Assembly (NCBI GenBank): GCA_900542895.1
Contig: UQPL01000001.1
Location: 1-42,561, forward strand
Source: an uncultured Collinsella sp.
GTDB lineage: Bacteria; Actinomycetota; Coriobacteriia; Coriobacteriales; Coriobacteriaceae
DNA length: 42,561 bases
Direction: 5' to 3'
Every line of letters begins with the position of its first letter. The stretch's first letter is position 1. Under the pieces are notes generated by a model. It saw only the letters and a program-made list of their open reading frames with translations, searched no databases and was not told the origin of the DNA. Both the position numbers and the translations under genes were made by a program. Of the stretch, positions 11,630-21,026 are shown piece by piece.

Positions 11630-13957
11630 ATGGCGGATTCTCAGATCCATGTCGCGCTGGCGGGTAACCCCAACTGCGGCAAGACCACGCTTTTCAACCT
11701 GATCACCGGCGCCAACGGCTATGTTGGCAACTGGCCCGGCGTCACGGTTGAGAAAAAGGAGGCCAAGCTCCTAAGCGACAAGAACGTTACCATCACGGAC
11801 CTCCCCGGCATCTACTCGCTTTCCCCCTACAGCCCCGAGGAGCAGTGCTCGCGCGATTACCTCATGAGCGGCGAGCCCGATGTGGTCGTCCAGGTTGTCG
11901 ATGCCACCAACCTCGAGCGCAACCTATACCTGGCGCTTCAGGTCATCGAGACCGGCCTTCCCGTGGTCGTCGCCCTCAACATGGCCGATCTGGTCGAGAA
12001 GAACGGCGACAAGATCGACACGGACAAGCTCTCCAAGAAGCTCGGTTGCCCGGTCATGATGATCTCCGCTCTTAAGAACAAGGGCATCAAGGAGCTCTTT
12101 GAGCAGGTTAAGAAGTCCGCTGCTTCCAAGGGCCAGGTGCCGGAGCACAAGTTCGACTCCTCCATCGAGGACGTTCTGGACCACATCGAGAACAACCTGC
12201 CTGCGAGCGTTCCCGCCAACAAGCGTCGCTACTACGCCGTCAAGCTGTTTGAGCGCGACGCGGACGCTTGCAAGCTCATCAACCTCACCAAGGAGAAGGC
12301 CGCTCGCGTGGAGCAGCTGGTCGCCCAGTGCGAGCAGGATTGCGACGACGACGCCGAGTCCATCATTACCGGCGAGCGCTATGGCGTCATCGCGCACATC
12401 ATCGATGAGTGCATGACCAAGGCTCCGGCCAAGATGAGCACCTCCGAGAAGATCGACCGCGTGGTTACCAACCGTATCTTGGGCCTGCCGATCTTTGTGG
12501 TCATCATGTTCTGCGTGTACTACATCGCCGTTTCTACCTTGGGCGGCACGGTGACCGACTTCACCAACGACCAGCTCTTCGGTACCGACGGTTGGTACGT
12601 GCTCGGTCAGGGCCGCGATGCCTACGACGCGGCCGTCGAGGCTGCGGGCGACAATGCCGACTCGGTCGACCCGGCACAGTACGGCCCCTATGTCCCGGGT
12701 ATCACCACCATGGTGCACGATGCCCTCGTGGCGGGCGGCACCGAGGACGGCGGTCTGGTCGATTCGCTCGTCTGTGACGGTATCGTCGGCGGTCTGGGCG
12801 CCATCTTCGGCTTCGTGCCGCAGATGTTCCTGCTCTTTGTGATGCTGTCCTTCCTGGAGGACTGCGGCTACATGGCCCGCGTCGCCTTCATCATGGACCG
12901 CGTGTTCCGCCGCTTTGGCCTGTCCGGTAAGTCCTTCATCCCCATGCTCGTGTCCTCGGGCTGCGGCGTCCCCGGCGTCATGGCCACCAAGACCATCGAG
13001 AACGAGAAGGACCGCCGCATGACGGTCATGACCACCACGTTCATCCCCTGCGGCGCCAAGCTGCCGATCATCGCCCTGCTCATGGGCTCCATCATCGGCG
13101 ATTCTTCCACCACCGCCGCGTGGATCAGCCCGCTCTTCTACTTCCTGGGCGTCTTTGCCGTCATCGCCTCGGGCCTCATGCTCAAGAAGACCAAGCTCTT
13201 CGCCGGCCGCCCGACGCCGTTTGTTATGGAGCTTCCTGCCTACCACTTCCCGGCGATTCGCTCTTGGGCGCTGCACGTGTGGGAGCGCTGCTGGGCCTTT
13301 ATCAAGAAGGCCGGCACGGTCATCTTTGCCTCCACTGTCGTGGTTTGGTTCCTGTCCAACTTTGGTAGCTACAACGGCTCCTTTGGCTTCCTGCCTGCGA
13401 TGGACGGCATCCCCGAGGAGTTCATGGACTACTCCGTGCTTGCCATGCTCGGCAACCTGGTTGCTTGGATCTTCGCCCCGCTCGGCTTTAGCACCTGGCA
13501 GGCCACCGCGCTGACTGTCTCTGGCCTCGTCGCTAAGGAGAACGTCGTCGCCACTGCCGGTTCGCTGCTGTCCGTTGCCGATGCCGGCGAGACCGATCCG
13601 AGCCTGTGGACCGCATTTGCCGGTATGTTCCCGACTATGGGCGCTTGCGTTGCCTTTGGCGCCTTCAACCTGCTGTGCGCTCCGTGCTTTGCCGCCATGG
13701 GTACCATCCGCAACCAGATGGATTCCGGCAAGTGGACCGCGATTGCCATCGGCTACGAGTGCCTCTTCGCTTGGGTGATCGGCCTGTTCATCAACCAGTT
13801 CTACAACCTGCTTGTTCTGGGTCAGTTTGGTGTCTGGACGGTTGTCGCCATCGTGCTGCTGGTTGCGATGCTCTTCCAGATCTTCCGTCCCATGCCCAAG
13901 CATGCTTGGACCGACGAGGACGAGACCAACACTGCTTCCGCCGCAGTTTCCGCTTAA
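11630..13957 (+). CDS. feoB: Ferrous iron transporter B
   Basis: G1 GNPNCGKT, VGNWPGVTVE, DLPG, NMAD; membrane domain LEDCGYMARVAF, GCGVP, FVMELP. Confidence 0.97.
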   Translation: MADSQIHVALAGNPNCGKTTLFNLITGANGYVGNWPGVTVEKKEAKLLSDKNVTITDLPGIYSLSPYSPEEQCSRDYLMSGEPDVVVQVVDATNLERNLYLALQVIETGLPVVVALNMADLVEKNGDKIDTDKLSKKLGCPVMMISALKNKGIKELFEQVKKSAASKGQVPEHKFDSSIEDVLDHIENNLPASVPANKRRYYAVKLFERDADACKLINLTKEKAARVEQLVAQCEQDCDDDAESIITGERYGVIAHIIDECMTKAPAKMSTSEKIDRVVTNRILGLPIFVVIMFCVYYIAVSTLGGTVTDFTNDQLFGTDGWYVLGQGRDAYDAAVEAAGDNADSVDPAQYGPYVPGITTMVHDALVAGGTEDGGLVDSLVCDGIVGGLGAIFGFVPQMFLLFVMLSFLEDCGYMARVAFIMDRVFRRFGLSGKSFIPMLVSSGCGVPGVMATKTIENEKDRRMTVMTTTFIPCGAKLPIIALLMGSIIGDSSTTAAWISPLFYFLGVFAVIASGLMLKKTKLFAGRPTPFVMELPAYHFPAIRSWALHVWERCWAFIKKAGTVIFASTVVVWFLSNFGSYNGSFGFLPAMDGIPEEFMDYSVLAMLGNLVAWIFAPLGFSTWQATALTVSGLVAKENVVATAGSLLSVADAGETDPSLWTAFAGMFPTMGACVAFGAFNLLCAPCFAAMGTIRNQMDSGKWTAIAIGYECLFAWVIGLFINQFYNLLVLGQFGVWTVVAIVLLVAMLFQIFRPMPKHAWTDEDETNTASAAVSA

Positions 13958-13985
13958 GTCCGAATAAGGATTAACCCCTTTCCAC

Positions 13986-14018
13986 GAGCCCGGGTGTCCC
14001 AGCGACACTCGGGCTTTT
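13986..14018 (+). terminator. Terminator after feoB
   Basis: AGCCCGGGTGTC / GACACTCGGGCT followed by TTTT. Confidence 0.75.
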
Positions 14019-14132
14019 TGGTGGGGGAGATGTGGCGTTTCCGCAGATAAAACCGACCAAAATGAACCTGTCCCTTTCTGGTAGGTGGAGAATGGGGTAA
14101 AGTAAGTGATGGTTAACTAGAGGAGGCTTGCT

Positions 14133-14333
14133 ATGGCACCTATCGATATTGTTGTACTGGCTGTTATCGGTATTGCGTTTGCTGCGGTATGCGTGCGCAT
14201 TTACCGCAAGGGCACCTGCGCCGACTGCGCTCAGGGTGGCGTTTGCACGGGGCATTGCTCCAACAAAAAGACGTGCTCCGCGCTTAAGGGCGTGGACAAA
14301 ATCGCCGAAGACTTGGGCCGCGGTATCAAGTAA
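14133..14333 (+). CDS. FeoB-associated Cys-rich small membrane protein
   Basis: N-terminal TM helix, then GTCADCAQGGVCTGHC; strong GAGGAGG RBS; follows feoB. Confidence 0.8.
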   Translation: MAPIDIVVLAVIGIAFAAVCVRIYRKGTCADCAQGGVCTGHCSNKKTCSALKGVDKIAEDLGRGIK

Positions 14334-14346
14334 GGCCCAGACACCC

Positions 14347-14383
14347 AAACACCCCGCGAGCATCCGTTTGCGGGGTGTTTTTC
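14347..14383 (+). terminator. Terminator after the Cys-rich gene
   Basis: AAACACCCCGC / GCGGGGTGTTT followed by TT. Confidence 0.75.
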
Positions 14384-14477
14384 GCTTTTGAGGGTGGGCG
14401 TGGTGAGTTGCTGAGTTATTTTGGGGTATCGTTAACTGGATTGTTTATTGGCAACTCGTCTGCACCGGAGTGACCCC

Positions 14478-15557
14478 ATGAGCGTCCGCGTAACTATGAA
14501 GGATATAGCCGCCGAGCTTGGCGTTTCCATCAATACCGTGCATAAGGCCCTCACGGGCAAGGCCGGCGTGAGCGAGTCCGTGCGTGCCAAGGTCAATGCT
14601 AAGGCCGAGGAGATGGGCTATCACCGCAACACGAGCGCTTCGAGCCTGCGTCGTAAAGACATCAACCTGGTGTTTTGCCTGCCGTGTGCATCGCGTGAGG
14701 GTGCTTACTTCTATCGTTACCTGTGGGAAGGCTGCAATCGCTTTGAGCGGGAGGTCATCGACCAAGGCATTACTGTTGAGCGCGTCGAATTTGGCGTAGG
14801 CGGTTATGCCGATGCGCTCGAGCAAATCGATGAGCGCCTGCAAGTGGGCGAGAAGATCGACGGCCTGCTTGCCTACGTTCCGGGCGACGACCGTGCGACC
14901 CATCTGCTGGAACAGATTGCCGAGGCGGGCGTGGCAATCGAGCTCGTCGATGGCGATCGTCCGCACCTCGACCGTCTGGGCGCCAGTCTGGCTGATTATT
15001 CAACGGCGGGCAGCCTGATGGCCGAGCAAGCGGTCAACTTGGTTCACGCCGCTGGTGTCGATGCCCGTGTGCTCCTGCTAGCGGGCGACCCCTATACCGA
15101 TTCGCACTATCTGACCGCTCGCGCCTTCCATACGTATCTGCGCGAGCATAATGTTCCCTGGCAGGTCGAGGACCTTACCGGCGCTCATGCCCAGGTCAAG
15201 CAGCTCGAGCGCGAGCTCAAGAATCGCCTCAAGGCTCCGGATGCCCCCGAGCTGATCTGCAGCGTGTTCGCCGTGGGCTCCGAGCTGGTTGCCGATGCAC
15301 TCGTTTCGGCCGGTAAGGCGGGCGAGGTCATGGTAATCGGCAATGACCTGTTTCCCGAGAGTGTGCTTGCCCTGCGTCGCGGCGTTTTTACCAATATCGT
15401 CTACAAGGACCCAGTGGGCTTGGCCTACCGCGGCGCCAAGACGCTGGGTGATTACCTGCTGTGGGGTAAGGTGCCCGTGGAGCCCGTGCAGAAGAGCACT
15501 GTCGAGATGGTGTTCGCTAGCAACGTCGACCGTTACTGCGAACTCGCGGGAATTTAG
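14478..15557 (+). CDS. LacI-family regulator, probable repressor of the hexuronate/pectin regulon
   Basis: VTMKDIAAELGVSINTVHKAL HTH plus sugar-binding domain; immediately upstream of uxaC. Confidence 0.9.
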   Translation: MSVRVTMKDIAAELGVSINTVHKALTGKAGVSESVRAKVNAKAEEMGYHRNTSASSLRRKDINLVFCLPCASREGAYFYRYLWEGCNRFEREVIDQGITVERVEFGVGGYADALEQIDERLQVGEKIDGLLAYVPGDDRATHLLEQIAEAGVAIELVDGDRPHLDRLGASLADYSTAGSLMAEQAVNLVHAAGVDARVLLLAGDPYTDSHYLTARAFHTYLREHNVPWQVEDLTGAHAQVKQLERELKNRLKAPDAPELICSVFAVGSELVADALVSAGKAGEVMVIGNDLFPESVLALRRGVFTNIVYKDPVGLAYRGAKTLGDYLLWGKVPVEPVQKSTVEMVFASNVDRYCELAGI

Positions 15558-15583
15558 TCGATTGGCAGGGTACCCCCCTCTTG

Positions 15584-15782
15584 CGACGTGCATTTTTGGG
15601 AGTATTCAGCAACATTGAGTCCCGAAAAGGGGCATAACGACTGTTTTGAGGGCCTTTGGTGGTGAGTTTCACCATCAAAGGCCCTTATTTGTGCCGTTCA
15701 GGCGCGGCACACGGAGCAAATGAGGTGCTCTGGGCTGTATTTGGGACTCCATGATACTGAATACTCTAAAAAATGCACGTCG
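15584..15782. repeat. 199-bp element bounded by 40-bp imperfect inverted repeats with internal hairpins
   Basis: 15584-15623 matches the reverse complement of 15743-15782 at 35/40; internal stem AGGGCCTTTGGTGGTGA/TCACCATCAAAGGCCCT. Confidence 0.7.
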
Positions 15783-15915
15783 AGTAGGGACCCACCTTGG
15801 CGCTGAGCGCTACAGGCCTGCGGACAGATGGCTTTGCGGGCCTCATATATGCATGGCGCATCGTCTTGACAACCGTTGAGCGACAAAAATCTACCGTTCA
15901 CCCCGTGGTGGTTAG

Positions 15916-15965
15916 GTGAACGTTCACCCAATGGTCCATTTTGCACTACTATAGTGAACGTTCAC
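15916..15965. promoter_or_regulatory. Two GTGAACGTTCAC operators upstream of uxaC
   Basis: Perfect 12-bp palindromes at 15916-15927 and 15954-15965; the second overlaps a -10-like TATAGT. Confidence 0.85.
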
Positions 15966-16019
15966 CTAGAAGATAACGAGCGCACCGCGCGCCCGCTCCG
16001 CCAACAGAGGAGTTACTTG

Positions 16020-17447
16020 ATGAAAAACTTCATGGACGATCAGGACTTTTTGCTGAGCACTAAGACCGGCGAGGAGCTGTTCCACAACTTTGCTGAGGAT
16101 ATGCCCATCGTCGACTATCACTGCCACATTTCTCCCAAGGAGATCTGGGAGGACAAGCGTTTTGAGAACATCACCGAGGTTTGGCTGGGCGGCGACCACT
16201 ACAAGTGGCGTCTGATGCGCGCCAACGGTGTCGATGAGCGATTCATCACCGGCGATGTCCCTGCTCGCGAGAAGTTCCAAAAGTGGGCTGAGACCCTGGG
16301 CCGTTGCGTGGGCAACCCTGTCTTTGAGTGGAGCCACCTGGAGCTCAAGCGCTTCTTTGGCTACGAGGGCGTCCTCAACGGCAAGACCGCCCAGGAGGTC
16401 TGGGACCTTGCCAACGCTAAGCTCGCCGAGGCCAGCTTTACCTGCCGCAACCTGATCAAGCAGTCCAACGTCCGCATGATCTGCACTACCGACGACCCCG
16501 CCGACAGCTTTGAGTGGCACAAGAAGATTGCCGCCGACGACAGTTTTGACGTTCAGGTCGTTCCCGCCATGCGCCCCGATGCCGCCCTGCGTATCGAGCG
16601 CGGCCAGGAGTTCGCCGACTACTGCAAGCACCTCTCCGAGGTTGCCGGCGTTAAGGTTAACGATTTTGAGGGCATGAAGGCCGCCATCTCCAAGCGCTAC
16701 GATGTCGCCCACGAGTTGGGCTGCCGTGCCTCCGACCACGCGCTCGACTACGTTATGTATGTCCCGGCTACCGCCGACGAGATCGAGGCCATTTTTGCCA
16801 AGGGTCTTGCCGCCGAGCCGCTCACCGAGGAAGAGGTCCTCAAGTACAAGACCGCCTTCATGCAGTTTGTCGCCGGCGAGTATGTCCGCCTGGGCTGGGC
16901 CATGCAGCTGCACTTTGGCTGCAAGCGCGACAACAACCGCGCCATGTTCGCCAAGCTCGGTCCCGACACCGGTTACGACTGCATCTCCAACTACACGCCC
17001 TCCGATCAGCTCGCCGATTTCCTCAACTCCATCCAGGAGACCTGCGGCCTGCCCAAGACCATCCTGTACAGCCTGAACCCCATCGATAACACCATGATCG
17101 ATACCGTCATGGGCTGCTTCCAGGAGGCTCCGATCGCCGGCAAGATCCAGAACGGCTCCGCCTGGTGGTTCAACGACAACGAGGTCGGCATGCGCGAGCA
17201 GCTCACGGCTCTGGCTAACGAGGGCGTGCTGGGCAACTTTGTCGGTATGCTTACCGACTCCCGTTCTTTCCTATCCTATCCGCGTCACGAGTACTTCCGC
17301 CGCGTGCTGTGCAGCGTGGTCGGCGAGTGGGTCGAGCAGGGCAAGTACCCGGCCGACATGGAACTGCTGGGCGATATCGTGCGCGACATCAGCTACAACA
17401 ACGCGGTCCGCTACTTTGGCTTTGACCTGGACACCGTCGAGGCCTAA
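16020..17447 (+). CDS. uxaC: Uronate (glucuronate/galacturonate) isomerase
   Basis: PIVDYHCH, WLGGDHYKWRLMR, CTTDDP, SAWWFND, GMLTDSRSFLSYPRHEYFRR. Confidence 0.97.
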   Translation: MKNFMDDQDFLLSTKTGEELFHNFAEDMPIVDYHCHISPKEIWEDKRFENITEVWLGGDHYKWRLMRANGVDERFITGDVPAREKFQKWAETLGRCVGNPVFEWSHLELKRFFGYEGVLNGKTAQEVWDLANAKLAEASFTCRNLIKQSNVRMICTTDDPADSFEWHKKIAADDSFDVQVVPAMRPDAALRIERGQEFADYCKHLSEVAGVKVNDFEGMKAAISKRYDVAHELGCRASDHALDYVMYVPATADEIEAIFAKGLAAEPLTEEEVLKYKTAFMQFVAGEYVRLGWAMQLHFGCKRDNNRAMFAKLGPDTGYDCISNYTPSDQLADFLNSIQETCGLPKTILYSLNPIDNTMIDTVMGCFQEAPIAGKIQNGSAWWFNDNEVGMREQLTALANEGVLGNFVGMLTDSRSFLSYPRHEYFRRVLCSVVGEWVEQGKYPADMELLGDIVRDISYNNAVRYFGFDLDTVEA

Positions 17448-17541
17448 ACCCGCATCGAATCACATTGAACCCAGGGCGCCGTTGCCACACACGGCGCCCC
17501 GTTTTGCTTGCACGCTAACAGACATCTAAGGAGACACATAG

Positions 17542-19056
17542 ATGGAGAACATCAGCTACGAGACGCTTGAGAAGATCGGCTACAAGGGCTACGTGCTGCC
17601 CAAGGACGCCCCCGAGAAGGTCCTACAGTTTGGCGAGGGCAATTTCCTGCGCGCTTTCGTGGACCGCTTCTTTGACATGGGCAACGAGGCCACCGGTTGG
17701 AACGGCAAGATCGTCATGGTTCAGCCTATCAGTGGCGCCTTTGGCTTTGCCGACGGCATCAACGCCCAGGACGACCTGTACACCGTGCTGGTCCGCGGCA
17801 AAGAGAATGGCAACACGGTTGACGAGTCCCGTGTAATCAGCGCCTGCAGCCGCTGCATCAATCCGTACCGCGAGGCCGACTACCGCGCCATGATGGAGGT
17901 CGCCGTCTCCGACGACCTGGAGATCATCGTCTCCAACACCACCGAGGCCGGCATCGCCTACGATCCGTCCTGCAAGGCCGACGACATGCCGCCCGCGAGC
18001 TTCCCCGCCAAGCTTGTCCAGGTGCTTCATACCCGCTGGGCTGCCGGCAAGCCGGGTGTCATCGTCCTCGCCTGCGAACTCATCGACCACAATGGCGAGG
18101 AGCTGCTGCGCATCATGAACCAGTACGTGAGCGACTGGGGCTGGGAGGACGAGTTCTCGCAGTGGATGGCTAACGACTGCACCATTTGTACCACGCTCGT
18201 CGACACCATCGTCCCCGGCCGCATCCGCGATCCCAAGGAAGCCGCCGCGGTTGCTGAGCGTCTGGGCTACGAGGATCCCTTCCTGGCCGTGCGCGAGCCC
18301 TTCCAGATGTGGGGCATCCAGGGCGACGAGTCGCTTGCCGAGAAGCTTCCCTTTGTGAAGGCTGGTCTTCCGGGTGTCTTTGTGACTCCCGACGTCACCC
18401 CGTACAAAAAGCGCAAGGTCCGCATCCTCAACGGTGCCCACACCGCCTTCGTTCCGGGTTCCTGGGTTGCCGGCTTTGATATCGTGCGCGACTGCATGCA
18501 TGACGAGACTATTCGCGGCTTTATGAACACCATGCTCTACGACGAGGTCATTCCGACGCTTGCCGCCGACTTGGATGTCGAGGACTGCAAGGCCTTTGCC
18601 GCCGCCGTCGAAAACCGCTTCGACAACCCGTTTATTGATCATGCACTGCTCTCCATCTGCCTCAACTCCACGGCTAAGTGGCGCGCTCGCGACCTGCCCA
18701 CGCTCAAGGACTACGTTGCCGAGACCGGCAACCTGCCCAAGTGCCTGGCGACGAGCCTCGCTACGCTCATCTCCTTCTACACGCAGGAGCTCGTGTCCCG
18801 CGAGGGCGACGGCCTGCACCTGCGTCGCTCCGACGGCACCGAGTACACCGCTCAGGACGATGCCTTCGTGCTCGACTTCTACGCCGCCCACGCCGGTGCA
18901 GACGATGCCGAGCTGGTGCACGACGTGCTCACCAATGAGCAGATGTGGGGCGAGGACCTTACGCAGATCGCCGGCCTTGAGGAATTTGTCGTCAACGCGC
19001 TCACCGTCGTGCGCGCCGAGGGCGTCAAGCAGGCCTTCGCCAACGCCCAGGCGTAA
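17542..19056 (+). CDS. uxaB: Tagaturonate reductase (altronate oxidoreductase)
   Basis: PEKVLQFGEGNFLRAFVD, SNTTEAGI, SFPAKL, CELI, RKVRILNGAHT, RFDNPFIDH. Confidence 0.95.
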   Translation: MENISYETLEKIGYKGYVLPKDAPEKVLQFGEGNFLRAFVDRFFDMGNEATGWNGKIVMVQPISGAFGFADGINAQDDLYTVLVRGKENGNTVDESRVISACSRCINPYREADYRAMMEVAVSDDLEIIVSNTTEAGIAYDPSCKADDMPPASFPAKLVQVLHTRWAAGKPGVIVLACELIDHNGEELLRIMNQYVSDWGWEDEFSQWMANDCTICTTLVDTIVPGRIRDPKEAAAVAERLGYEDPFLAVREPFQMWGIQGDESLAEKLPFVKAGLPGVFVTPDVTPYKKRKVRILNGAHTAFVPGSWVAGFDIVRDCMHDETIRGFMNTMLYDEVIPTLAADLDVEDCKAFAAAVENRFDNPFIDHALLSICLNSTAKWRARDLPTLKDYVAETGNLPKCLATSLATLISFYTQELVSREGDGLHLRRSDGTEYTAQDDAFVLDFYAAHAGADDAELVHDVLTNEQMWGEDLTQIAGLEEFVVNALTVVRAEGVKQAFANAQA

Positions 19057-19131
19057 ATTCCCGATGCGGGCGCCAGACGGCTTGCCCGCGCCTCGACTTC
19101 TGCTCAACCTGTAGGGTTAGGACCATTTGTA

Positions 19132-20616
19132 ATGAACACTATCCAGATCAATCCGGCCGATAACGTGATCGTCGCGCTGTCGCCGCTTGCCAAGGGCGCC
19201 GCCGTCGCGGTTCCCGGGGTGGGCGAGGTCGTTGCCGCGGAGGATATTCCGCAGGGCCACAAGATGGCCGTGCGTGCCATTGCGGCGGGGGAGGACGTCG
19301 TCAAGTACGGTCTTCCTATCGGCCACGTGACGGGCGACATCCAGCCCGGTCGGTGGCTTCATACGCATAACGTCAAGACCAACCTTTCGGGCGAGGTCGA
19401 GTACACCTATAACCCCACGCATCCGGTCGTGGATCCTGTTGAGCCCGAGACCTTTATGGGCTTCCGCCGCGCCGACGGTCGCGCCGCCACGCGTAACGAG
19501 CTGTGGATTATCCCCACGGTCGGCTGTGTTAACGAGGTTGCGCGTGCTATGTGCGAGCAGGCTCAGGATCTGGTCGAGGGCTCGCTCGAGGGCGTCTACT
19601 ACTTCCCGCATCCCTTTGGCTGCTCGCAGACCGGCGCCGATCACGCCCAGACGCGTCGCCTGCTGGTGGCGCTCTCGCGTCACCCCAATGCGGCGGGCGT
19701 GCTATTCCTGTCGCTCGGTTGCGAAAACTGCACGCACCAGCAGGTGCTCGACGAGCTCGGTGGCTTCGATCACGAGCGCGTCCGCTTCCTCACCTGCCAG
19801 GATGTCGCCGACGAGCAGGTCGATGGCCATAAGATTCTGGCCGAGCTGGCAGACCTGGCAAAGCAGGCAAAGCGCGAGCCCATCCCGGCTTCCGAGCTGG
19901 TCATCGGTCTTAAGTGTGGTGGATCTGACGGTCTTTCGGGCATTACCGCCAACCCCACGATCGGTCGCGTGAGCGATATGGTCGTCGCCCGCGGCGGTAC
20001 GTCGGTTCTTACCGAGGTGCCCGAGATGTTTGGTGCCGAGAGCATCCTGCTCGATCGCTGCGAGAACGAGCAGGTTTTTAACGCCGCTTCCGACATGCTC
20101 AACGGCTTTAAGGACTACTTCATCAGTCACGGTGAGGTTGTCTACGAGAACCCGAGCCCTGGCAACAAGGACGGCGGTATTACCACGCTCGAGGACAAGA
20201 GCTGCGGCTGCGTGCAAAAGGGCGGATCTGCCCCCATCGTCGACGTGCTGCCGTACGCCGGGCAGGCTACCAAGCATGGTCTGAACATGCTGTGCGGTCC
20301 GGGCAACGACATGGTATCCACCACGGCACTCACCGCTGCCGGCTGCCACGTGATCCTGTTCTCGACCGGCCGCGGCACGCCGTTTGGTGCGCCAGCGCCT
20401 ACGCTCAAGGTGTTCACCAACCAGCGTCTGTGCGACCACAAGGCCAACTGGATGGACTTTAACGCCGGTGTGGTCGCCACCGGCGAGCGCACGCTCGACG
20501 AGGCTGCCCACGACCTGTACCAGCTGGTGCTGGACACGGCGAGCGGCAAGCTTACCAGCGCCGAGCGCCGCGGCTGTCACGAGATCAGCATCTGGAAGGA
20601 CGGCGTCTGCCTGTAG
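19132..20616 (+). CDS. uxaA: Altronate dehydratase (UxaA family, SAF domain)
   Basis: GHKMA...VVKYG, HPFGCSQ, LKCGGSDGLSGITANP, ENPSPGNKDGGITTLEDKS. Confidence 0.95.
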   Translation: MNTIQINPADNVIVALSPLAKGAAVAVPGVGEVVAAEDIPQGHKMAVRAIAAGEDVVKYGLPIGHVTGDIQPGRWLHTHNVKTNLSGEVEYTYNPTHPVVDPVEPETFMGFRRADGRAATRNELWIIPTVGCVNEVARAMCEQAQDLVEGSLEGVYYFPHPFGCSQTGADHAQTRRLLVALSRHPNAAGVLFLSLGCENCTHQQVLDELGGFDHERVRFLTCQDVADEQVDGHKILAELADLAKQAKREPIPASELVIGLKCGGSDGLSGITANPTIGRVSDMVVARGGTSVLTEVPEMFGAESILLDRCENEQVFNAASDMLNGFKDYFISHGEVVYENPSPGNKDGGITTLEDKSCGCVQKGGSAPIVDVLPYAGQATKHGLNMLCGPGNDMVSTTALTAAGCHVILFSTGRGTPFGAPAPTLKVFTNQRLCDHKANWMDFNAGVVATGERTLDEAAHDLYQLVLDTASGKLTSAERRGCHEISIWKDGVCL

Positions 20617-20663
20617 CGATGACACGTTGAGCGCGTGATCGGGCAAGCTGTTGCAAAGACCGG

Positions 20664-20702
20664 ACGACCCCGCTGAGGACATTCTCGGCGGGGTCGTTTT
20701 TC
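20664..20702 (+). terminator. Terminator of uxaCBA
   Basis: ACGACCCCGCTGAG / CTCGGCGGGGTCGT followed by TTTT. Confidence 0.8.
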
Positions 20703-20775
20703 GTTTCTCGTTGCGTTGTCGTGCACGGCTTTTTTGGGGAAGGGTGCCCGGCACCTCCCTCATCTCCAGAGAACA

Positions 20776-20947
20776 TTGAACGTTCACCTAGTGGTTGCGT
20801 GGTGCTGAATCGACTTGATAATCAAAAATGCAGGGATTTTTTCATTTTCAGGTCCGTTCAACGGCAAAAAACGACCGTTCAAGGATAATATACAAGTGAA
20901 CGTTCACCTATTATAAGCAATCGCGCATAATCTAGCTAAACGTTCAC
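20776..20947. promoter_or_regulatory. Three GTGAACGTTCAC-type operators upstream of the transporter
   Basis: TTGAACGTTCAC 20776-20787, GTGAACGTTCAC 20896-20907, CTAAACGTTCAC 20936-20947. Confidence 0.8.
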
Positions 20948-21026
20948 CCTGAACGGCATGCAGACAGACGTCGGTATGGACTCCAATGTCTTGTTCCAAG
21001 ACAATCGAGAAAAGAGAGGGAGCTCG

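Noticed and set aside
15876..16019. N-terminal extensions given by the ORF track for uxaC, and likewise for serB, the permeases, HPr, GH105, the TIM barrel and the dehydratase
   Set aside because: Better RBS-linked starts lie downstream, and the extensions run through operators or upstream genes.
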